Source of the DNA: a virus
Lineage: Duplodnaviria > Heunggongvirae > Uroviricota > Caudoviricetes
Virus record (IMG/VR): IMGVR_UViG_3300033141_002732
DNA: 57,864 nt
Strand: one strand, 5' to 3'
Shown: positions 36,739-46,999 of the stretch, one piece after another
Position numbering within the stretch: the stretch's first letter is position 1
How the letters are laid out: the number at the start of each line of letters is the position of its first letter
The notes under the pieces: model-generated
What the model was told of the DNA's origin: nothing
Database searches by the model: none
Seen by the model: the letters and a program-made list of their open reading frames with translations, nothing else
Translations under genes and position numbers: made by a program

Positions 36739-39700
36739 ATGCCATTGAAAGACGCATTTTCTAAATTAAAAGATACTATCGTTGGAACTACTACAACTAA
36801 AATAGATGTAACTCTTGATAAAGCAGTTCGTGATATTATATCGTATAAATCTAATACTAGTAGAAATGGTTATATAGATTTAGTTAAAAATTTAATATCT
36901 AAAACTAGTGATATTAATATTGGTGGTGGTTTATTTAATCAAAATATAAGTCCTTCTGTATTTGGTCAAGGAAATAGACTTCAAAGATATAAAATGTATT
37001 CTACAATTGTAGAAAATATTCCATATGCTATCAGGGCACTTTCTGTATTAACTGATAATATTTTATCTCCAGATGATATTACAAAAGTATCTTTAGAAGT
37101 AGCACCATTTTCGTATTTAGAAGATCAAAATACAGCAAATTCTCAAGTAACTAGAGTAAAAAAAATAATTAAAGATTTGGAATTAGAAAAGAAATTACAT
37201 TTAATAATTAAAAATACATTAGAAAATGGAGACTTCTTTTGTGAAATTGCAGATGCCAAAACTGTTTTAACAAGTAGGTCTATTCTTTCTGAGGGTAATA
37301 ATGTTATTAATAATTATGATATTAAAACAGATATTACAAATCCTGATTTTAACGAAAAATTTGAATTTAAGAATGAAAATAACAATTATTCATTGATAAT
37401 AAATTATGAATCTTTTTCTGATAAAGAAGATAATAAACCAAAAGAAAAAACAAATAAGAAAAAAGATCAAAAGAAAGATGATATTGATTTAAAAGATGTA
37501 AAATTAGTTTTTCATGAACCAAATAGGGTCATAAAATTACAGAGTAGTATTTTTCCACTATGTTTTGGTTATTTAATTTTTCCATATACTACAGTAGTTC
37601 CTCAAATTACATTGCAAGATCAGATGGTGAATAATATTTGTATTTCTATTTTAAATAGTCTTGAGAAAAGAATACCTCAAATGAAAGAATTTTCTAATTC
37701 TCAAGATTTAAAAGATATTATTAAAGATATGATTGCTCGTGCTGATCCATCAAGAGCAATGAATATTAGATATGTTCCACCAGATAAGATAATTCATTTT
37801 TTGGTTCCATCAACAAAATATTATCCTTATGGGGAATCAATATTTGATGCTTCAAAATATACAGCTAAAGTTTTAATTGCTTTAGAAACAGCTTTAGCGA
37901 TTCAAAGATTATCTAGATCAACTGAAAAGAGAAAAATTGGAATTGAAATTGGTTTACCAAGAGATGCTAAAAAAGCAGTAGAAAAAATGAAGGAAGCTTT
38001 TAAGAAAAGAAAAATTAGTCTTGATAGTTTTGGAACTATTGATACAATTCCTTCACAAATAACTACTTTTGAAGATATCTATGTTCCACAAAAAGATGGA
38101 AAAGCTTTTGTTGATATTGATACAATGACAGGTGGTAATGTCGATGTAAGAAGTAAAGTAGATGAATTAAAACTGTTAAGAGATCAGTTGGTTGCGTGTT
38201 GGGGTGTTCCTCCCAGTTTTATTGGTATTGAGGAAAATCTTTGTTTAAAATCAAATACTTATATACCACTAATTAATGGTGATACTTTACAATTAAGTGA
38301 AATTATTAGACAATATGAAAATGGTGTACATGATATGTATGTATATAGTTACAATCAAAAAATGGGAAAGATTGTTCCGGGGCTAGTTGAATGGGCTGGT
38401 TATACAAGAAAACAAACTAAATTAGTAAGAGTTCATTTAGATAATGGAAAATATATTGATTGTACTCCAGATCATCCATTTTATCTTAGAAATGGAATAA
38501 CAGAAGTTGAAGCACAGAATTTAAAAGAAGGTGATTCATTATTACCATTATATAGAAAGAATACAAATTCTTCTATGTCGTCTGGAATTACTTATGAAAT
38601 GGTATATCATCCAGGAATTTCTAAAAGAAATTGGGAATTAACTTATAAAATGGTTGGATATAATTTTAAGATGAAATCAGGAAAGGGATATGTTATTCAT
38701 CATAAAGATTATAATCCTAGAAATAATCATCCAGAAAATTTAGAATCAATTACTAATATTCAACATCATAAAATTCATAGTTTGGATAAAGTTCGTCATA
38801 CTCCTGGAGGAACTTTATTTATTAAAGATAATTGTATTATTTGTGGAAAACCTTTTAAAAGAGCTCATCATATAAATCAAATTACTTGTTCTAAGAAATG
38901 TAGAAAGGAAAGAGCACGTCTTGATGGATTAAAATCATGGAATAGAGGAGCAGAAAAGAAAAAAGAGAATAGTAGAAAAGAATTTATTTGTCCAATTTGT
39001 GGTGACATATTTAAAAGACCAAAATGTTATTATAAACAGCTTAAAGATATAAATAATATGACATGTGGAAAACAAAGTTGTCAATCTAAAGTTATGTCAA
39101 AAATACATTCTAAAAGATATAAAGATAATTGGACAACTACAACATGTACAATTTGTAATGAAGAATTTAGTCGTACAAAAACTTATAAAGATCAAACAAT
39201 TTATCCTTGTTGTAAAAAAGAAGAATGCAAGAATAAAATTTGGTTTATAAGAAATAAAGAAAATAAACGAGTTTCTAAATTAAATCATAAAGTTGTAAAA
39301 GTTGAATGGTTGGATGGATTTCATGATACAGGTGATTTAACAATTAAAGATTATCATAATTTTGCTTTAGATTCTGGAGTTATTGTTCATAATTCAAATA
39401 AATCTGCTTTAAGTGAAGAAAATATTTTGTTTGCTAGAACGATTGTTAATCACCAAAAATATTTTACATATCAAATAAATGAACTTATAGAAAAGGTTGT
39501 AAATTATTGTGATCCAGAACAATCATTAACATTATTCGATGATATTAATGTTTCTCTTTTACCACCACAATCTTTACAGTTTGAAAGAGAGTCAAGATAT
39601 ATAAATGATATTGTTAATATAATAGAAGCACTTGAAAGAATTGGTGTTCCGAAAGAATATTCAAAGAAACATTATTTAAAACAAATAGATTGGAAAGAAG

Positions 39701-39810
39701 TAGATAAATATAAAATTGATGGAGATATTGATAAGAATCTTGGAGTCAATACAGATGAAGAAGAAGGTATGGGTGGAATTGGAGGAATGGGTGGAGTTGG
39801 AACTTTCTAA
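36739..39810 (+). CDS. T4 gp20-like portal protein with an intein
   Basis: YGESIFD, ALAIQRLSRSTEKR, EDIYVPQKDG, L..CWGVP and EENILFARTI regions. Confidence 0.85.
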   Translation: MPLKDAFSKLKDTIVGTTTTKIDVTLDKAVRDIISYKSNTSRNGYIDLVKNLISKTSDINIGGGLFNQNISPSVFGQGNRLQRYKMYSTIVENIPYAIRALSVLTDNILSPDDITKVSLEVAPFSYLEDQNTANSQVTRVKKIIKDLELEKKLHLIIKNTLENGDFFCEIADAKTVLTSRSILSEGNNVINNYDIKTDITNPDFNEKFEFKNENNNYSLIINYESFSDKEDNKPKEKTNKKKDQKKDDIDLKDVKLVFHEPNRVIKLQSSIFPLCFGYLIFPYTTVVPQITLQDQMVNNICISILNSLEKRIPQMKEFSNSQDLKDIIKDMIARADPSRAMNIRYVPPDKIIHFLVPSTKYYPYGESIFDASKYTAKVLIALETALAIQRLSRSTEKRKIGIEIGLPRDAKKAVEKMKEAFKKRKISLDSFGTIDTIPSQITTFEDIYVPQKDGKAFVDIDTMTGGNVDVRSKVDELKLLRDQLVACWGVPPSFIGIEENLCLKSNTYIPLINGDTLQLSEIIRQYENGVHDMYVYSYNQKMGKIVPGLVEWAGYTRKQTKLVRVHLDNGKYIDCTPDHPFYLRNGITEVEAQNLKEGDSLLPLYRKNTNSSMSSGITYEMVYHPGISKRNWELTYKMVGYNFKMKSGKGYVIHHKDYNPRNNHPENLESITNIQHHKIHSLDKVRHTPGGTLFIKDNCIICGKPFKRAHHINQITCSKKCRKERARLDGLKSWNRGAEKKKENSRKEFICPICGDIFKRPKCYYKQLKDINNMTCGKQSCQSKVMSKIHSKRYKDNWTTTTCTICNEEFSRTKTYKDQTIYPCCKKEECKNKIWFIRNKENKRVSKLNHKVVKVEWLDGFHDTGDLTIKDYHNFALDSGVIVHNSNKSALSEENILFARTIVNHQKYFTYQINELIEKVVNYCDPEQSLTLFDDINVSLLPPQSLQFERESRYINDIVNIIEALERIGVPKEYSKKHYLKQIDWKEVDKYKIDGDIDKNLGVNTDEEEGMGGIGGMGGVGTF
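38242..39393 (+). mobile_element. Intein containing an HNH endonuclease and several CxxC fingers
   Basis: L|CLKSNT ... VIVHN|S junctions, CTPDHPF block B, HHKDYNPRNNHPENL HNH motif. Confidence 0.9.
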
Positions 39811-39875
39811 TTAAATGTATAAATATAGAACAAATAAAAAAGATAATTTATATATATTGTCGGAGTATTAAATTT

Positions 39876-40508
39876 ATGACAAAAATATTATTTAATAAGA
39901 TTAAAGAATCATTCTTTCAAACTTTTTCTGGAAGAAATATGGATAATATTTATGATGATGTTCCATATGTAGATGATACTGAGTATATTACAAATATTAA
40001 AATTGAGAAAGAAGATATAGATGAAGAAGAAACTGAAAAAATTGAAACAAGTGAAGAAGGAGAACCCGAAGAAGTAGAAAAAAGTGAAAAAGTAGAAACA
40101 GATGAGGAAGTTCCAGAAAGTGGAGAAAATCAATTTTCTGACACAAGTGGTGGAGAAGATCAATTTGCTTCAACTGGTGAAACTCCTGGTATGGATATAG
40201 GAGGAATGGATGAAGAAGATGATGCTCCAAAAACTCCTGAAGAAGCTGGAAGAACATATGAATTAAAAAAAATATATTCTCGATTACTTTCAATAGATTC
40301 ATATTTAGCAGATAGTACTGATGATGTATTATTAAAACTTAGAAATTATGTTGACCAAGCAATAGAAATGTTTGAAATTGTTATTGCTAATCATAAAATA
40401 TATAAAAATAAGATAGATGAAATTATTGTTTTATATTATAACTTTTTAAGAATTGTATATAGTTTGTTAAAAAGTTATTATGAGATAGAAAGTAAGGAAG
40501 ACAAATAA
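39876..40508 (+). CDS. Acidic hypothetical protein (head module)
   Basis: ORF track; follows a class B motif. Confidence 0.55.
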   Translation: MTKILFNKIKESFFQTFSGRNMDNIYDDVPYVDDTEYITNIKIEKEDIDEEETEKIETSEEGEPEEVEKSEKVETDEEVPESGENQFSDTSGGEDQFASTGETPGMDIGGMDEEDDAPKTPEEAGRTYELKKIYSRLLSIDSYLADSTDDVLLKLRNYVDQAIEMFEIVIANHKIYKNKIDEIIVLYYNFLRIVYSLLKSYYEIESKEDK

Positions 40509-40530
40509 TTTTATTTGGAGATTTAAAAAT

Positions 40531-41196
40531 ATGTTTGATAGCAAATTCCTTATTGAGGGTGCTTTGTTTCAAGAGGCTAAAATTGTAAAAGATGAACCTG
40601 GTAAAGCCATCTTTAGAATGACATTACAAACTGCAGATGAAGTAAATCAAAATAACAGATTATATCCAAGACGAGTATTAGAATCTGGAATGAATGATTG
40701 TGTATCTAGAATGAAAAGAAGAGCTTTCCTTGGAGAAATGGATCATCCATTTCCGATTGGTAATGAACAATTTGATGGAATTCGACAAACTACTGTTGCT
40801 TTAGAAAAAGTCTCTCATATTATTAGAAATTATGATTTTCGAAATAATCATCTAATTGGAGAAATTGAAACAACTTCTACTCCAAATGGTAAGATTCTTT
40901 TGGGATTATTAAGAGATAAAGCTGGAGTTGGTATGTCAATGAGAGGATTAGCAGAATTAGTAAGAAAAGAAGATTATAATGAAGTATCTGATCCATTAAC
41001 TATTATATCTTTTGATACAGTTTCTCTTCCTTCTCATCAAGCTGCTGTAGTTGATTTTAATGAAATGAAATTTGAATCAAATATGATTATGGAACAATGT
41101 GATAAAATATGTATAGATGGAGTTTGTTTTTTACCTGATTATTTTGACAAACTTATAGAAACTAAAATGATAAAATTTTTTAATAAATGGATTTAA
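40531..41196 (+). CDS. T4 gp21-like prohead protease
   Basis: LQTADEVNQNNRLYP, GEMDHP, GMSMRG and FDTVSLPS motifs. Confidence 0.9.
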   Translation: MFDSKFLIEGALFQEAKIVKDEPGKAIFRMTLQTADEVNQNNRLYPRRVLESGMNDCVSRMKRRAFLGEMDHPFPIGNEQFDGIRQTTVALEKVSHIIRNYDFRNNHLIGEIETTSTPNGKILLGLLRDKAGVGMSMRGLAELVRKEDYNEVSDPLTIISFDTVSLPSHQAAVVDFNEMKFESNMIMEQCDKICIDGVCFLPDYFDKLIETKMIKFFNKWI

Positions 41197-41197
41197 A

Positions 41198-41491
41198 ATG
41201 AAAATTCGAAATATAGAAAAAAAATCATTTAATAAAAAACAGGTTTTAGAAAATATAGTAGAATATATTTTTGTTATTTGTAAAAATGATAATAATTTTA
41301 ATTTAAAAGATAAATTTAAAGAACTAGAAAGTAAATCAGAAAATATACATAACAAAATAAAAAAACAAATGTCATTAATAGAACAAGCTGATGTCTTAAA
41401 GTCTGATATTCAAAATAAAATCAACATATTAGATGCTGAAATTTTTTCAATTAGATCTGAATTACTAGAAAATTTAGGAAGTGAATTATGA
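41198..41491 (+). CDS. Coiled-coil hypothetical protein
   Basis: ORF track. Confidence 0.5.
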   Translation: MKIRNIEKKSFNKKQVLENIVEYIFVICKNDNNFNLKDKFKELESKSENIHNKIKKQMSLIEQADVLKSDIQNKINILDAEIFSIRSELLENLGSEL

Positions 41492-41901
41492 AAATTCAAT
41501 TTACAAATGTTTCAGATATAGATTTAGATAATATTGATAAAGAAAAAATAAATCTATTAGATAAAATTATTGAATATGTATATCCCTTATTTGATGATTT
41601 ATATAATAATAAAATTAATGATGTAGAAATTTTAGAAAATAAATTATCTAAAATAAAGAAAAATGTAAATAATTCAAAAAATGAATTAGAAAAATTACTT
41701 CAAGAATATAATGATAAAAAGAAAAGAAGAAAACTATGTGATACAATTTCAAAATTGGTTAGATGTGGTATTGTTAATGATTCTTCATTAAAATCAGAGA
41801 TGATAATTCTTTTAAAAGTAGTAGATAATTTATCTCCACAAAAAGTAGATTATCATATTAGTGAAATTTCTAAAATTATCAAGAAAAGATTTAGACGATA
41901 A
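41488..41901 (+). CDS. Coiled-coil hypothetical protein
   Basis: ORF track. Confidence 0.5.
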   Translation: MKIQFTNVSDIDLDNIDKEKINLLDKIIEYVYPLFDDLYNNKINDVEILENKLSKIKKNVNNSKNELEKLLQEYNDKKKRRKLCDTISKLVRCGIVNDSSLKSEMIILLKVVDNLSPQKVDYHISEISKIIKKRFRR

Positions 41902-41903
41902 AA

Positions 41904-43589
41904 ATGGAATATAAATTAGATGATAATGAAATTAAAAGACTTTATTTAGAAGAAAAATGGACAATATTAGATATATCGAATTATTTTAAAGTAAATCATG
42001 GAACTATAAGATTAAGACTAAAAAGATCTAACACGCCTTTACGAAGTCATTCACAAAATCAAAAATTAGTTATGAATAGAAAAGAAGTAAAAGAGAAAAC
42101 TACAAAAACATCTATTAAATCTAATAATAAAAGAATTAAAACAAATATTCAAAAATATGGAACAGAAGTTCCTTCTAATAATAAAGAAATAAAAAAGAAA
42201 TGGTTAAAAGAACATAAAGAAAAACATGGAGTTTTATGGCCAAATCAGAGACAAGAAGTTCGAGATAAATATGTAAATACTTGTAATAATAAATATTCTG
42301 TTTCAAATGTTTCTAAAGTTAGCGAAGTTCAAGAAAAAATTTCTGATAATAGATGGAAAAATAAAACTGAAGAAGAGTTACAAGAAATTTCTAATAAAAG
42401 AAAAGAAACTCTTATTAATAATTTTGGTGTTGATAATCCATTAAAAAATAATAATATAAAGAAAAAAGTTAAAGAAAATAGATGGTTAAATAAAACAAAA
42501 GAAGAGTTAGAAGAAATAAAGGAGAAGGCACAAAAAACAAGAATTAAAAATAGATTACCTGAAATAGAAAGAAATCTTAAATTACTAAATTTGGAATTAG
42601 TTGATAATTTTAATAATGTAACTGATTTTATGAATATAAAATGTACAAAATGTAATACAAAATTTAAGACGGTATTAGATTATATATTTAATGGTTATGG
42701 ATTATGTCCTAAATGTTTTCCGAGAAGCATATCTTCTTATGAATCTGAAATACAAAATTTTATTTTAACATTACCTAATATAGATATAGATACAAATAAT
42801 AGAACTTTTTTAAGTAATAATAAAGAAATTGATATACTAATTAGAAATAAAAAAATTGCTATAGAATTTGATGGACTTTACTATCATTCAGATAAGTTTA
42901 TGATTGACAAAAATTACCACTTAGATAAAATGATAGAATGTGAAAAATTAGGATATATGTTAATACATATTTTTGAAGATGAATGGATTTATAAAAAAGA
43001 AATTGTAAAATCAAGAATTAAACAAATAATGTCTATTTCTGATTCTATAAAAATATATGCTAGAAATTGTTATATAAAAGAAATTAGTAATAAAGAAAAA
43101 AATAACTTTCTAGATAAATATCATATACAAGGAATAGATATATCAAAAATATCATTAGGAGCATTTTATAATAATCAATTAGTTTCAGTTATGACTTTTT
43201 CTCGTGGAAATATTGCTAAAGGAAGTAAATCAGAAGAAGGTGTTTGGGAATTAAATAGATTTTGTTCAGATTATCAATATCATGTTATTGGAATTGCAAG
43301 TAAATTACTAACTTATTTTAAAAGAAATTATCAATGGAAAAAAATCTTTTCCTATGCTGACCGAAGATGGAGTGATGGTAATTTATATAAAAAATTGGGT
43401 TTTAAATTGGAAAAAGTAACTGATCCAAATTATTGGTATGTAAAAGGGTTAAAGAGACTTCATAGATTTAGTTTGAGAAAGAAACTAAATGAACCAAAAG
43501 ATATTCCAGAATGGATCTTAAGACAAAAAGATGGTTATTTTAGAGTTTGGGATTGTGGTAATATAAAATTTATACTAAATAATACTTAA
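41904..43589 (+). CDS. Putative homing endonuclease (KYG repeats, PD-(D/E)xK/Vsr-like domain, C-terminal GNAT/Mom-like domain)
   Basis: EIDI..KIAIEFDGLYYHS, HIFEDEW, WELNRFC, SYADRRWSDG.LY..LGF, RVWDCG motifs. Confidence 0.7.
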   Translation: MEYKLDDNEIKRLYLEEKWTILDISNYFKVNHGTIRLRLKRSNTPLRSHSQNQKLVMNRKEVKEKTTKTSIKSNNKRIKTNIQKYGTEVPSNNKEIKKKWLKEHKEKHGVLWPNQRQEVRDKYVNTCNNKYSVSNVSKVSEVQEKISDNRWKNKTEEELQEISNKRKETLINNFGVDNPLKNNNIKKKVKENRWLNKTKEELEEIKEKAQKTRIKNRLPEIERNLKLLNLELVDNFNNVTDFMNIKCTKCNTKFKTVLDYIFNGYGLCPKCFPRSISSYESEIQNFILTLPNIDIDTNNRTFLSNNKEIDILIRNKKIAIEFDGLYYHSDKFMIDKNYHLDKMIECEKLGYMLIHIFEDEWIYKKEIVKSRIKQIMSISDSIKIYARNCYIKEISNKEKNNFLDKYHIQGIDISKISLGAFYNNQLVSVMTFSRGNIAKGSKSEEGVWELNRFCSDYQYHVIGIASKLLTYFKRNYQWKKIFSYADRRWSDGNLYKKLGFKLEKVTDPNYWYVKGLKRLHRFSLRKKLNEPKDIPEWILRQKDGYFRVWDCGNIKFILNNT

Positions 43590-43732
43590 GATCTAATCTA
43601 ATTTTTAAATAGTTCATTTCTTCTATAATTTCCTTCTTGGTACAATTCTATTTTATAATTTAATCAGAACAAATACTAAATTTCTATAGTTTATACAATG
43701 TTAAAATTATTTTACTATATGGAGGAAATAAA

Positions 43733-45193
43733 ATGAAGGAAATTCTTACTGAGGTTTACAGGACAACCAAAAAGATTTCTGGCGTTGATCCTGGCAAGCC
43801 CGGGAATATTCGACAGATTTTAGTTGATGATGATGCTTGGAGTGTTTATGTTAATGGACTAGCTGAGTCTCTGGAGGATAAGAAAGACAAAACTAATTTT
43901 ATTCGATTGGCTGAAAATACCAGAATTGGATTACTTGAAAATTCAATGTTTCAAATTAATCCTTATGAGACACTTACTTTACCCATTCTAAGAGTGTTTT
44001 ATCCTAAACTGGTTGCTAAGGAAGCAATTACTATTTCTCCAATGGATAAACCAGAATGTGTTAAGTCTTTCTTAACTGCTACGTTTACTCCATCTGCTAG
44101 TACCACTCAATATAATGCTCCTTCTGTTACAAACGATATTTCCGGTGGTCCAAGTATTGGAACTCCTGTTGCTGCTACTATGTCAGTTCCAAGTGTTAAT
44201 TTTAATGTTCTTGGATTAATTACTGGAACTACTGTTACCAGTACTCAAGCACATCTTGAAAGAGATTTCGAGATTACCAGTGTTTCTAGTGATGGAACTA
44301 GTTATACTAATGTTTCTATTGTTCCTGCTGTGGAAGGTCATTTTTCTGCTAGTGTGACAATTGGTGGAGCCACTGATGTTATTTCTGGTCAGGTTGACTA
44401 TTTAAACGGAACTGTCAGTGTTTCTAGTGCTACTGGAGTTTGTGCTTTTGTTAGATTCACCGTTACTTGTTCTCTTGAAGAGAATAGAATTAACCCAAGT
44501 GTTACTTTTGATTTTGATAAAGTAAGACTATATGCTAGAGACAGACAAATCTCTGCAAACTGGACCATCAATATGGAACAGGATGTTAGAGCTCTGTTTG
44601 ATCTTTCTATGCAGGCTGAAATTGTCAATATTCTTGGACAACAGATTGCTCTGGATATTGACAGAGAAATAATTAATGCTTTAATTACCGCAAATACTAG
44701 GTTAAATGCTGCTAATCATACTAACACTTTTAACAGGACTCCGCCTGCTGCTTATACTTGGGGAACTAAATATTGGCATGAAAATATTATTCCTGTGATG
44801 AACGTTCTGTCTGCAAGAATTTATAATGATACTAATATGGATGCTGGAAATACTATTCTGGCTAACCCTGTTGATGTTGCTATTCTTGAAGACATTCAAA
44901 CCTTTAATTATACTGGAACTTCTTCTGTTGACGGTGATGTTGGTTATAGATCAGCTACTGTTGCTGGTGGAAAGTGGAGAGTTCTAACAAGTGCTGTTGT
45001 GACTCAAGGAACTATGGTTATGGTTTATAAGCCAGTAGAAGAACTCAAAGCTGTTTATATTTATTCACCTTATATCCCAGCAGTTCTTCATCCATACCCC
45101 CTCGGAGCCACTCCAAGTTTAACCATTCTATCTCGTTATGCTACTGCATTAATTAGAAGTAATGGTATAGCAACTCTGACAATTGGCGCGTAG
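43733..45193 (+). CDS. T4 gp23-like major capsid protein
   Basis: RQISANWTINMEQD, IALDIDREII and YSPYIP motifs; follows protease and portal; codon usage typical of high expression. Confidence 0.92.
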   Translation: MKEILTEVYRTTKKISGVDPGKPGNIRQILVDDDAWSVYVNGLAESLEDKKDKTNFIRLAENTRIGLLENSMFQINPYETLTLPILRVFYPKLVAKEAITISPMDKPECVKSFLTATFTPSASTTQYNAPSVTNDISGGPSIGTPVAATMSVPSVNFNVLGLITGTTVTSTQAHLERDFEITSVSSDGTSYTNVSIVPAVEGHFSASVTIGGATDVISGQVDYLNGTVSVSSATGVCAFVRFTVTCSLEENRINPSVTFDFDKVRLYARDRQISANWTINMEQDVRALFDLSMQAEIVNILGQQIALDIDREIINALITANTRLNAANHTNTFNRTPPAAYTWGTKYWHENIIPVMNVLSARIYNDTNMDAGNTILANPVDVAILEDIQTFNYTGTSSVDGDVGYRSATVAGGKWRVLTSAVVTQGTMVMVYKPVEELKAVYIYSPYIPAVLHPYPLGATPSLTILSRYATALIRSNGIATLTIGA

Positions 45194-45224
45194 TTAGGTT
45201 AATTATTTAACTTTACAATTTTTC

Positions 45225-45260
45225 TTCCCTGTTTTCTTTTTAAGAAGACAGGGAATTTTT
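45225..45260 (+). terminator. Intrinsic terminator after the major capsid gene
   Basis: TTCCCTGT/ACAGGGAA stem followed by T5. Confidence 0.8.
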
Positions 45261-45323
45261 ACATCATTAAGTTTTTAAGAAGACAACAGGTTTATATTAG
45301 AACAAAAAATAAAAGGATATTAT

Positions 45324-46997
45324 TTGATGAAATGTATGATTTGTAATAAAGATTTTAAATCTCTTACTAATCATTTGAAATATCATAAAATATCTCAAAA
45401 AGAATATTATGATAAATATTTAATACAAAATGAAAACGAAAAAATTTGCATAATGTATACAAAAAATTCAAGTTGTAAAAAATATTCTAAATTTTTAAAT
45501 ATTCAAAATGGATATTCCAAATATTGTAGTAGTTGTTTAATATCTATAGCAGTTGAAAAAAGAAAAAGAACTATGTTAGAAAAATATGGAGTAGAAAATA
45601 TTAGCCAATTAAAGAAAATAAAAGAAAAAAGAAAAAATACTTTTTTAGAAAAATATGGTGTTGAAAATGCTAGTCAAATAGAAGAAGTAAAAAAGAAAAA
45701 AATCCAAACAAGTCAATTACATTATGATACAGATTATCCATTACAAAATAAAGAAATAATAGAAAAGATTAAAAAAACAAATATAGAAAAATATGGTTGT
45801 GAATGTTCTTTACAGAATGAAAAAATAAAAAAGAAAGTAATACAAACAAATATAGAAAAAACTGGATTTAAACATCAAATGAAATCCGAGCAATCAAAAA
45901 AGAAATTAAAGAATACAATATCAAAAAAACGAGATCCTATTATAAGAGAAATTCTACTTAAAAATTTAGATTTAGAATTACTAACTCCATATCAAAATAA
46001 TGTTAATGAAATAAAAGTTCGTTGTAACAAATGTGGACAAATATATTTAACTAATTATTTTAACTTATATCAATGTCCACATCCATGTATTTCTTGTTAT
46101 CCAAGATCTTCTGGTTTTTCTAAACAAGAAAAGGAGATTTTATCCTTTATAGAAAATATTCTTCCAAATGAAAAAATATTTCAAAACTATAGAAATTTAA
46201 AAAATAGATCAACAAACACTCCTTTTGAATTAGATATTTTTATTCCAACTAAAAAGATTGCTATTGAATATAATGGATTATATTGGCATAGTGAAAAATA
46301 TAAACCAAAAAATTATCACTTAGAAAAATTAGAAGAATGTGAAAAAAATAATATCAGATGTATTCAAATATTTGAAGATGAATGGTTATTTAAACAAGAT
46401 ATCGTAAAAGCTAGATTAAAACATATTTTAAATCAAACAAAAGAATTAGAAAAGTTATATGCAAAAGATTGTATTATCAGAGAAATAATTCCAAAAGAAA
46501 AAGATGAATTTTTAAAGAAATATCATATACAAGGAAGCGATAAATCGATTGTAAAATTAGGAGCTTTTTATGATAACGAATTAGTTTCAGTTATGACTTT
46601 TTCTCATGGAAACATTTCAAAGGGATCTAAATCAAAAAAAGATGTTTGGGAATTAAATAGATTTTGTACTAATTATAACTTTATTATAGTTGGAATTGCT
46701 GGAAAATTATTAAATTATTTTAAAAGAAATTATCAATGGAAAGAAATTTTTTCTTATGCAGATCGAAGATGGAGTGATGGTAATTTATATAGAAAATTGA
46801 GTTTTTCTTTATTTTCTACAACAAAACCAAATTATTGGTATATTAAAGGTTTTCAAAGAATACATAGATTTAATTTAAGAAAACAAAAAAATGAAGGAAA
46901 TAATATTTCAGAGTGGGTATTAAGGCAGAAAGAAGGTTATGAGAGAGTTTGGGATTGTGGTAGTTTAAAATATATTTTAAAAAATAAGGAAATTTAA
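45324..46997 (+). CDS. Putative homing endonuclease (same family as 41904)
   Basis: N-terminal Zn finger, KYGVEN repeats, ELDIFIP..AIEYNGLYWHS, SYADRRWSDG. Confidence 0.7.
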   Translation: MMKCMICNKDFKSLTNHLKYHKISQKEYYDKYLIQNENEKICIMYTKNSSCKKYSKFLNIQNGYSKYCSSCLISIAVEKRKRTMLEKYGVENISQLKKIKEKRKNTFLEKYGVENASQIEEVKKKKIQTSQLHYDTDYPLQNKEIIEKIKKTNIEKYGCECSLQNEKIKKKVIQTNIEKTGFKHQMKSEQSKKKLKNTISKKRDPIIREILLKNLDLELLTPYQNNVNEIKVRCNKCGQIYLTNYFNLYQCPHPCISCYPRSSGFSKQEKEILSFIENILPNEKIFQNYRNLKNRSTNTPFELDIFIPTKKIAIEYNGLYWHSEKYKPKNYHLEKLEECEKNNIRCIQIFEDEWLFKQDIVKARLKHILNQTKELEKLYAKDCIIREIIPKEKDEFLKKYHIQGSDKSIVKLGAFYDNELVSVMTFSHGNISKGSKSKKDVWELNRFCTNYNFIIVGIAGKLLNYFKRNYQWKEIFSYADRRWSDGNLYRKLSFSLFSTTKPNYWYIKGFQRIHRFNLRKQKNEGNNISEWVLRQKEGYERVWDCGSLKYILKNKEI

Positions 46998-46999
46998 TT

